From: Balanoglossus misakiensis | Lineage: Eukaryota > Animalia > Hemichordata | Reading direction: 5' to 3' | DNA: 64,000 bases | Assembly (NCBI GenBank): GCA_040954595.2 | Contig: CM082588.2 | Span: 670,613 to 734,612, forward strand | In this document: positions 39,889 through 51,174 of the stretch, piece by piece | How positions within the stretch are numbered: position 1 is the stretch's first letter | Layout of the letters: the number at the start of each line of letters is the position of its first letter | Made by a program: the position numbers and the translations under genes | The notes under the pieces: generated by a model | What the model was told of the DNA's origin: nothing | What the model saw: only the letters and a program-made list of their open reading frames with translations | The model's database searches: none

Positions 39889-41373
39889 GATAAATGCAGT
39901 TTGGTTTGTGTTTGTTTTGGGTGTTTTATGTTGTTGTAGATAGTTTTTTTTGCAGTGATGTAGTCTTTGATTGGATAAGTGCCTTGAATAAAATAAATTT
40001 ACAGTTTGTAAAGCAATATTTTGATTATAATTCAGCATTTGTAGCCCCTGTACTGCAAACCAGTGTCAGTGTCTTTTATTAACACTGACTGGGAGAGATT
40101 GTCAGTGATGGTGTTTTTAGTTAAGCAATAATGTCACATGATTGAGTAAATAATAGGAGCAGTATTCAGAGTTGAAAGGTTTCGATTAAGTTTTTTAGTT
40201 CCAGGCATAGTTCTCGTAATGTTGGGGGTTTTGCGTTCAATGTACATTATTTATTGGAGTGAGAATGATTGTAAATAGTGAAAAGGGGTTTCATTGACAA
40301 ACTACTTACTCTGACAAAAATAGACTTATTTCTGTTGTCGTAATGTTGAATATTGTAGTACATATCACAATTTTCACCAATGTCTTCGTAAGTTAACTGT
40401 CTGTAGATATCTTATTTATTTATACACACATTGAATTGGTGTAAAAAGTAAATTTTGTGATGAAAGTGAAATACCTGTATATGTTAAATTGTAGATATTT
40501 GTTGAAATAAATCCTGGAAATCATATATTGTCATTGCTGTGATTATTTTGCAATCAAGCATGAGATATGCAAATATTGATTAGCTATCAGACTTTTATTT
40601 CAGAGTTGCAAACTGACGTTTAGTTGTATAACAGTCATATATACTCATGATAATTATTTGTGCCTGCTCAATACACCTACTTTTGATAAAAGACGCAATA
40701 ACATACACTATAGACGATGTTGATGATTGAACATGGCTGAAACTTGTGCATAGCAATGTTATTCCGTTATTTTTGTGTAGATTTGTGTATCAATGGAACA
40801 TATAATTTGATACAAACATAGAAATAACTCACGAAAGTTGAAAGTATGAAAATTTGACAAAAAAACAGTACTGTAACATATTTTGAAAACATCTTGAAAA
40901 GCAAATATTCAATACAAATCTGGCTTAATTATAGAAACAAACCAGGCCCTTTAATAATCTGCAAATTATATTAATATGCAATGACTGCCATATGTATAAT
41001 TGTTATCATCAACAAATATAAAACGTAAAAATGTAAATGTTTGAAAATTATAATAGCTCTCTGTTTTCAAATTTCTCTTGGACAATCAACAATATATATT
41101 CTTATGAGTGACAGCGATTGATGGTGACAAACTTAGAATGGTGCCAACCAATCAGTGGTGGATCTTGGCTATGACCTTATGACCTGACAAAAAGGACCAA
41201 TCAAATTGCCACAATACTAGAGTACAGGTAACACACTGAATGTTCATCTTTCACAAATTCAGGCATTTATCAGCCTCCATTAAGGTGATAATAGCCTTCC
41301 TATTTACAGTACAACATATATGCTACATACCAGGTGCTGATGTTACTATTATTCAAATTCTCAGTGTGTTACT

Positions 41374-41948
41374 TTATGCCAGGAAAGCTTTTATGGACTT
41401 CGTAATGGCCTGTCTACACACAGGACAATTATGAAGAAGTCTAGCACACTGTTGACATGTGACTAGATGTCCACAAGGTTGGAACAGGATACACACACTG
41501 TTGTCTAAGCATACTTTACATGTGATGTATGTTCTCAGTGTTTCCAACTCTTTCTTCATGTCTTCTGGTGATTCTAAAAAGGAAAAAAATAAACAGAGAC
41601 AAATATTTTTACTGCACTATAGTGCATTTATCCACAAACAGACACAAAATCAAGCAAAACTCCAAACTGAACCATGGCTACAAAGCCTGTATAGTATTTA
41701 CCTGTAATATTTTGGTTCTGAGTTACATTGACATTTTTCACAGATGTTTTGGACAAATGTGTCTCTGGTCTAAATACAGACATATTTCTCCTATACCGAT
41801 TGCTGTCACTGGTGGCACTGTACAAACCATGTGTATTTCTTTCAAGGTCGGAATCATCAATGTTAGAGATCTCTGTCAGTAGATCCAGTAGGGATGGAAA
41901 GTGGTCATCTATGAAGTTTGTACTGTCTGCATAAAACAGTGACATCAT
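41374..41948 (-). CDS. IAP-type RING finger protein without BIR domains (about 148 aa; start uncertain)
   Basis: Exon 41948-41702 joins in phase 1 to exon 41573-41374, which encodes ELETLR..CKVCLD..V.ILFQPCGHLVTC..CA..L..CPVCR..I...IKAFLA. Candidate upstream splice sites: acceptor at 42131, donor at 42571. Confidence 0.7.
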
Positions 41949-44900
41949 TCTGTGATCTATACTGAAGCAACTGGGATGTTGAGAAAACTCTTCAGTTGTT
42001 TTCAGTGCACGCCCTCAGTTTTGTCAGTCCGACGTTTCCTGGAAACCTTTTTTGATGAAAACTAGAGTCACTAAGGATCTTTTGTCCTGGAATTTCCACC
42101 AAAGATATCTTGCCACAGTGCTTTCATGGTCCTACACAAAAACAAGAGATATACATCTTATATCAAGCAGCTTATGCAGGCAGTTTCATGATTGGCCTTG
42201 GATAGCAAGATAGTGTAATTGTTACCTAACCTCAATGGTAAATGTAAACAAACACCATTGACTGTGTGTAAGTATGGTACATGTAATGACACTTTGAAAA
42301 TTAAAACAACCAGTAATAACTCATGGTATCAACAGGAACAATAACATGCACATGATTGGGATGTCAGTGGGCAAATAATTCTTATTTGCCATGTATGGTC
42401 TAATGATGTAAACAATGTTACTTGCTTGTACCCATGCCTTAAGTTCCCAGCCCATCCCTTTACTTAGACATTGCAACATCACAAATGTGGCAAGACTGTC
42501 TCACTATTCAGCTAATTGTTATTTTAAAGAGGTCAGTACAATATATATCACTTAAATAACGCCAAACTTACCGTAGTGGTCTTGCTAATAACATCCAGAC
42601 ATCAACAAAGAGTTGACCTTTGGTCTTTACACTTCACCCATTTTGAACACAGGAGGGCGCGCATACAGAGGATATATGACGTCAATGAATGGATAAACAA
42701 GAAAAAAACAAGACAAAAACACGTCCAACATGTTTTGAACTCACCCTAATCACCAGGATAACAGCTCGGCTAACTCTTACGATTCTCAAACAACTTCCTC
42801 TTACACCCTCTTCCAAAACACCAACACCAGACATATGCAGTGAACATTGAAAATTTGTTTTAATAGAAGGGTTAAGATGGAGCGATATGCTTTATTCTCT
42901 TTTAATTCAAAAAGTGTCATAAATAAACATAAGTGTAATTTTACTTATTAACTATTTTCTTTCAAACTTTCCAACTACACACAAAAACGAAAAAAAAACC
43001 TTCTTAGATTTTGCAAACAACTATGACCTCAGAAAAACTGTCATTGAATAATAAAATAAAGAACATTGCGACAAATATCTAGAGGAATTATCTTTGGAAT
43101 ATGATGAGGCAAAACTTGTGTTTTTCTCGTTGGGTTCTAACTTCTACCGTTACATGCATGTATTACACCAAATCATATGGTATGTCCAGGGTAAACCTAT
43201 TTTGCAATTCACACTCCTTGTTCCTTGTAGAGTGACCTGGAACATCAAAAACTAAACTTTGACCTACACTTTTGGCAACATGAAAGAAGACAAACCCCTT
43301 GAAGTCTAATTATAAAAAGAACTAGTATTGTGTTTCTTGTCACAATAATATAGACACTCAAAAGATGAAACTTGAAACTGGTTGGTTAATACAGAGAATT
43401 TTCAAACATGTGAGAATCATTCAATTCTAAGAAAGTGTTTTCCAAGAACATCTGCGGAACGACTTGAGCACTTGCACATGCTAAGGAGTCTTGTATCTTC
43501 AGGTTTACATTGATGGAGTCGATGAGTAACTGGTACATAGTTTACGTATTTAACTTTCTCATTAATAGTGAATACTCCCTAACTCCCTAATAAGTCTGAA
43601 TATCTGATTATGAAGATCAGAGCTATGTTGGAACTCAGTCTCCACCTGTGTCAACTCGGACACATTCATCAGTGGCATCTTTATAAACAAAATCTGTTGA
43701 ACCACACATAGAATCCTTCAACTTCACTGTCGATTGTTCTCTTTCATCAAATTGGTTGCATTTGTTTTATGCAAGACATTTATCAACGGCAGAGAAAAAA
43801 TGGAATGAATACCTACATGTTTTCATACATCACTGAAATAGTTAAAATGTTATGTAGAAATTTTCTTCATTACACATTTATATCCAATCCAAATATATTG
43901 TAGATTGGATATAAATTTTAAGATGTGAAATGGAAACCTCAACCTACAGAACCACAGTCACTGTTATCACTGTGGATGTCTACTAAATAGTTCTCGTTTG
44001 TGTTCTGTGGTTGCAGGAAGTCACTTGATAATATATACACTTTAGTTTTGCTTTATGCAAAGCTATTCTGTTGTAGCATATCTAATCCAAGTACCATTGT
44101 TACACTGATGGAGGTGAAACATCTTTACATCAATTCTGTACGTGATGTTCCTTAATGGACGAAGTAGTATCATGTAACAATGTGTGACGTGATCTGCATA
44201 GCAGAAAATCAGCCCACAACCCAATTTTCCAGTGGTCAAATCATATACTCAAACGTTACTATTGTATGCTAAGATTCTGGAACTTTTTTCGGTTGTTGTA
44301 GAACATGGATTATAAGACTTCTATGACTCCTGTTATGCAGAGAGATCTCGAGATTATTGATCGTTACCATGGATTTGTATCAAGTATTTTCAATGAAATG
44401 TATTCTGAATTATTGGTTGTAACATATACAGTAATGATCAATGTTCCAAGTAGAATCTTAGCAGACAAAAACAACTCTTCCAGAAAAGAAAAATGTAACA
44501 ATCACAACCTGATTGTGACAAATCACATCGCAATTGTTACATTAAACATATGTCCATTTCTGGAATATGTACTGATAAATGATATTTAAACAAAGCAAAA
44601 CAACATTTTCTAGATGTATGCACTCTCAAAGTATGGCAAAATATTAGATACTCACCTTTTTGAAAACCTTTGTTTTGTTCTATTTAAACCCCATGAACAT
44701 GAATCTCACTAAAACATAGACATTATGACTGGCTTTGTAATCTTTCATCAACACACAATTCTCCGGCCCTTTTTTGTGGGTGCATCTAGAGACAGCAAAT
44801 ATGGCAAAGGTGTTACATGTATACAAGAAGTTTTTTAATATACAAATGATGTTTTTCATAACCAATGCATAAAATTTTCAGTATCTGATAATTATAATAT

Positions 44901-45515
44901 GATACTCTAAATACTTTATATACCCATTATACCGATATTTATAGTACCGGTAAGTCTGAAAACTGTGTCTACATGACTCTGTTGTCTATGAATACAATGT
45001 GGATTACGTTGATGGTACATGTAGGTGGATTTGCAGTGTTCATGAGGCACAAGACCATTCCATTCCTGTGGGCTGAAATGCTTCAATTTGAAGAATTGAA
45101 TGTTTCACTTTGAAACATTTCATCCCTATGCATGCTAACAGGTTGGAAGAAAATGGACATGGTAGACCCTTGCAAATCAAAGAAAATTTAACTGATGTGT
45201 CATGACAGTATGCCAAATAACAAAGTAAAGACATCTTTGACAGCATGTTCTATCATTTCCATTACCTTTCTCTTGTAAGCCACGCACAGTTCTAATATCA
45301 TGGCTTACAAGTATTCAATCACTTTCCAAATGCAACTGATGCACAATGAATGAATGAATGAAATTGTCAAGAAATATTAAAACAACATTGAAGATACATC
45401 TATGATCAAATCAACATGTTCTTGCGTCACAGGTCACCATGGGTTTTGGACATTGAAATGAACTGTGCAGTCAGTTGCCTCAGGAAAGTTCCGTTGAATG
45501 CTGTTTGTTCCATAT

Positions 45516-48263
45516 TTATGACATATATGTTCTGATAGTGCTGCGGATGTTCTTCCTGCAGATGGGACATTGCCTCAATGCTTGAGAACAAACTTCACAG
45601 GTCACCAAATGTCCACATGGTTGGAACAACATGCACACATCACGATCCATACACACTTTGCAGGTTTTCTGATCTCGTAGGGTTTCCAACTCGCGCTGCA
45701 AGTCTTCAGGTGTTGACACACCTAGAAAATGAAACACGCAATGTTGAACATCGTCAATCAATTTTTCCTCTAAAGGATTCAAACTCAAGGCTCTTGTACC
45801 CATTTACATAGCATAAACAATTCTCCCATTAGATTGATAGAAAAGCAAAATTACGTTTAATTCAAGCTGCCCACACACAAAGAAATGAAATGAACCTCGT
45901 TTTAAGTCTATCTCTATCTCACCTGATGCAAGTTCGCTGTTTGGTCTAGTCGATTCTGCTGCAGCACCCTCATTGGCCTTCTCCTCCTCCTCCTCATCAT
46001 CCTCGTCGCCAAGGAAATCAGAATTTGTTTGGCCGCTGGCAGATATCTCGGTTTCTAAATCCCACACAGCAATTAACAAATCATGAGTGCTACTGAAACT
46101 TCCACCGGTCTTTTTGATTTGCCTCTTGACGACCCTCTTTACCAAATCTTTGCTGTAACCCATGTCCAAGACGACTTGTACTAAGTCTGTTCTCATGAAA
46201 TCATGGACTCTTGGCTGAGCTGTTGACAAACATGATATACAAGTTACAAAAGATACTGTGGAGGGCATTACCCTGATAAATTATTATATCATTGGGCAGC
46301 AGTAATGTCACAGGGCATAGCTTACCAAACCTTTAGCAAAACAACCCAAGTACTATCTTGCTTTCATTTGAAAATAGTAAGAAACATCAATTTTTTTTAA
46401 ATGTAGTAGAGACTTACCTGATCCTCTGGGACGGTTCTGAAAAAGAAAAAGAGAAAAAAAGTTGTAAAAGTAGAACATTACATGAATCAAACTTTCGTCA
46501 GCTCAGTTATCACAAAACTATCTTTGTCATTAAAGGAATGTTTCTTACCTCAGATGAACTGGCTTGTGGGTTACTACTTGGTACACTTGGGAACCTAGTC
46601 GTCACATAGTTCACAAACGCTGACCCTCTCTCCTTGAGGACATATTCACATTTGGGAAACCATCTTGCATGTTCAATCCAGGGTTCATCCACTGCTTCCC
46701 AATTTCTCAGTCCACCATCACAGAAGAAACATTTGACATTGTCTCTGATCCCTGTGTAACAAATATGACATTCAAATTAATCATGTATTATCTACACACC
46801 CGAAGACGCAATGTCTATTATCACCCCCCCCCCCCCCTTTCCAAAGCTGTAACCAGTCACTGCATGCCTACATCAGTACATGTAATCACACAGTTCGAAA
46901 TTCAGATGGTACATCTATGAACGATATATCATTACACTTTGGACAACTTCATACACACATTGTTCTTACCAGTGTAATAAAATCCAGCTCTACACAGATC
47001 TTGTGGTTCCACAATATCAGTAGAAGGCCAATTAATGTAGGTTGCTCTTCTTGCACTTTCAGCTGTATACTCTGGATGTCTGGCCTGACTTTGAGGTCGT
47101 AGCTGGGCGGGACTGTTACTTGCACCATCTAGATATCTAGTTGTCTGTGGACGTGAAGTTTGGTAATTTTCCACTCTGTTTGGATCAGTTGCACCAGGCC
47201 TCTTGATGGGTGTGTCATCCAATGCTGACTGTCGTGTTGTCAGTAATCTCATTGGTTCATTCCCAACATCTTCACCTCGTACAAAAGGGCATGATGGGAA
47301 ATATTTCCTGTGTTCCGACATTGCAGAGTCACCAGGTCGCCAGTTCTTCAGGATACCATAGCAACAAAAGCACTGAACTCTGTCATCTGACCCACAATAA
47401 TAAAACCCTGCCTTTGCTAGATCTTCTGGCTGAACATGAGCATTCTTGGGAAAGTATATGAAGGTTAACAATCTCTTATATTCACTCTTTAAGACTCTGT
47501 TAGCTTCTTTGAATTGAGGGTCATCTTCTATGTTATAAATAGAAGAGGTGTCATCTTCGTCATCATCATCGTCATCCTGTTTCTTTTTTCCCTTTTTCTT
47601 TTTCCCTTTCTTTTTCTTTCCCTTTTTACCACTGCTACCTGTGTCTTTGGGACCCCCTTTTTGTTTATCATCCTCCTCTGTATCTTTAGTTGATGAACTA
47701 GCATTCGACAGACCTGATCGACTTCTGTCTTTGATTAGAGGATCATTTCTGTCATCTGTACCTTTCACAAAGCCACAATCTGGAAATAATGATTTATGCT
47801 CTCCCATAGCTGTATCCCCGTACTCCCAATCTTTGATTTGACCATCACAAGAGAAACACTGAACGATATCATCTTTTCCGGTGTAATACAAGCCTGCTCT
47901 TGCTAATGCACTTGGATTGACAGGTGCTGTGTGTGGCCATGATCTATATGATGCCAAACGCACTGCTTCTGAAGTATTATCACTTACAAACTTAAACTCA
48001 GCAGCTCCGTTCAGAGATTTGGACGATTCCCCTTCTTTGTCATCAACTTTTTTGCCATTCAAATCATCACAACCCCCCACTGCTCCAATCACCACATTTC
48101 CCACCCCAATTTGTAATCCAATCTGTTCAGAACTGCTCTCCCCGTTTGAATAGGATACCATCATGACATCTTCATCTCCAATACGAATATTAGAGGCAGA
48201 AAATCTCTCACTATCTCGATCAAAAATTCCTGATTGTGAGGTTTCCTTTCCTTCTTTAGACAT
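45516..48263 (-). CDS. Inhibitor of apoptosis protein (3 BIR + UBA + RING; XIAP/cIAP/DIAP2-like), 672 aa
   Basis: Exons 48263-46970, 46751-46549, 46436-46418 (19-nt microexon), 46219-45923 and 45721-45516. Three BIRs with CxxC..W..H..C, a DMGY UBA motif, and a C-terminal RING. Confidence 0.95.
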
Positions 48264-49794
48264 ATTTCTGAATTATATTTGGCTATGCTGACTTAACGGA
48301 AAAGTTCAATAAACAAGAAAAGCTCTAATCTCAGTAACACTAATATATGAATACCTTTATAAATGTGGTAGTATTGTATATATGAAATTTAAATTCTTAA
48401 ACTAAAATTATGTATGCTTGATAGTATTTTAAAGATTACTTTAAAATACTTGGTGCCTTTTAGTTTACTATGTAAGGGCACAGACTAACGTGAGCCACCA
48501 AGATTCTCCAACCTGCAAAATGTAAGAAAAAGAAGAAGTAGCATCAAAGATATGCATTTCATTTTGATATGTGTTTGTACATTTATGTGTGGCATTCCAG
48601 TATATCTTTTACACAGCTGAAATACTTACCCTACTAGCGGACTCTTCCAGAACTTCTAATCCAGGCAAAGTCAGAAACCCAACAAAAAATCTGGAATGAT
48701 TCTTCTGTACTCGTCTGGCAACAAACACTTTGGTTTTGCCTTCTTTGACAATTACAAACAAGGGTACTGGAGTCTATCAAATTGTAAAAATAATGAACAG
48801 AAATCACTATGTCATAAGTTACAGATATTGGCCTTTTAGACAAGCAATGCAAACAATGAAAACTTGGTCATTACATATGCAAAGCTGAAAAAAATATCGG
48901 ATTCATGCAAGTCTTATGCTGATGACAAAAATACCTATAATTACGATCATACATAACATCTTACCGGACTGTCTTGTGTTTGTATTTCCTCCTTGTATAC
49001 AACTTCTGTACGCTTTTCTGTTGATCCAGGCAATTGAAACACTAAAATATTCTTTCTCACAATATCTTGAAGTTTCCCCAGCAGTGAATGAAATCTCTCC
49101 TGCACAATTAATAAGATCAGATAAAATTTCAAATGTGCTTCATTTATATTCATGATGACTGTGTTACCATTCCAGTTATGGTAGAGATTCTTCACCACAA
49201 AGAAAAACATTTGAACAAGGCATAAATTTGTGTTAGATATTTATTAATTTCTGCAAATTATAAAATCATTTACTTACCTTGATTTCCTTATATTTTATCT
49301 CCACAAACTTGAAAGTGTCTGATAACTGAAAAAGAAACTCAGATGGTAAATATAAATCTCCTAAACGATGAACTGACAACACAATAAAAAAAGACAAGTA
49401 CACCAATAAGAGATCTAAAACCAAGAAGTCTGATAACAACTGACGGTACCAAAAAACCATTACAAAGAAACTAGTCATTCCTCTTTAAGTGTAACTTACA
49501 GATTCTTGCACTGGAAGATGCAAATCTTCATCAGCAAGTTTGCAACAACTGTTTTTTTCACAAACGTGAGATTCTTCAAAAGACTGCAAAAATACAAAAA
49601 TATGAGGTCAATGTCATTAAGGCAAATTATGCGAGAAGACATAGCAGAGTGCTTTGTCTAATGCATGGTGCTAATATTTGAGTGCAGACTTGTTCGTCAA
49701 CTTAACTTGAAATCTTTGTTTCCTCTAAAGGCAAAACTTTAAAACTTACTTCTGTGACTGCCATCTTCATCAGCCATTCTTATGCAAAAATTAT
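48264..49794 (-). other. Multi-exon 5' UTR of the IAP gene
   Basis: Paired consensus acceptor/donor sites define non-coding exons 49794-49750, 49583-49500, 49325-49278 and 48884-48630, plus an acceptor at 48512. Confidence 0.6.
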
Positions 49795-50699
49795 CTGTAA
49801 TGAAATTAAATTTAAATACTTAGGTAATATAGGTTTTCAGAATGGAAAATTATCATCTCTTACAAGTCACTATCCAAATTCTCAAACACTGACATCTTCA
49901 TATTGATGTCATTCAGCTGACCAGGAAGAAGAAAAAAATAGCTCCATGGACACTGTAGCTCACATGTAAACACCCTACTTTCACACTCAGGGCACTCAAC
50001 CTACATGTATGGACACAATAAATTGCATGTGCTGTTTGACAAAAGTTACAGAACTCAAATTTGACAAGAAATGGCCAGTCAATACTATACACATATTAAC
50101 TGACCATGTGGGCAACAGCATACGTTTGTTTCCCCAGGGAATATGTTTTATTACACATCTCATTGGGACATTTTGAAGCATGTACCCCACATGTTCGCAC
50201 ACTGGCGAATCGTAACATAGCTTATCATCATACATATGGATGATGAGTGCATATAATGGTATATTGTGCTGTATAAGTATATGTACAAATATTATCTTTT
50301 CTGAAGTCCTACATGTATATAACCTCCGCTCAAAACTTGCTTCGTGCCAGTTTGAACGGAAAAGTACAAGATGAACTTGATCATTGAGCACCAGAGGGCG
50401 CAATTCACGTGAACCGAAATGAATCCGAATTCGAAGCTAACTCAAAACTACAGCTACTTGCCATCTCAGACCACTATTTTACGTATCACTTAGCTTTCAT
50501 TATCAGAACTTAAATGTATCAACCGAATAGCAGATGTCTGCCCTAGGGAACTAGGTATTGGAAACTGGTTCGGAATTTAAGTTGTCTAAAGGGTACTGCT
50601 TGTGGTCGCTAGACATAAGCAAAGCACTATGTACCAAATCAAACGTGAACTGATGCTGCATTCAACGTACGCACGTAACAAATGATGGTGGGCTGAAAA

Positions 50700-50960
50700 A
50701 AATTACCTACATCACAGCGAAGAACTTCGGGGTACAGAATTTATCTTAGCTTGAACAGCAAGTGCATGCAGTGCACGTCGCGTCTTCTAACTTCCGCAGG
50801 TTCAACCTTGATGCATAGTAAACGTTACGCGCGTTTGCCTTCTAAGCTTTATCTTGGCCGCTGGCGGCGCTGCGCTGAAGGTCGGAATGTAATGTCATAG
50901 GTCATGAGGTCATACAAGGTCATGAAAAAGAAGATGGCGGAGACTTCTTGCTGAGTTCAT
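50700..50960. promoter_or_regulatory. CpG-rich, probably bidirectional promoter between the IAP and DUF21 genes
   Basis: Local CpG enrichment, YY1-like AAGATGGCGG at 50931, three AGGTCA half-sites, and a candidate minus-strand donor at 50706. Confidence 0.55.
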
Positions 50961-51174
50961 TGACTTCCGCGAAAACTAACTGGAAACCGATGAAATTGAA
51001 CTTGTGTGGCCCATCAAACAAAGCGCATATGAAGTTTTGATGGGATTCTTTTCAATGAGCTAACGATCGGTTTTTCATGTCTGCATTTTTCAGCTGAAAA
51101 CAACGCAAACTTTGGTGCCCGGAATCTGATTCGAGTCCGGTAAAGTATAGTGATACAGTCTCTCCATTCTCATC

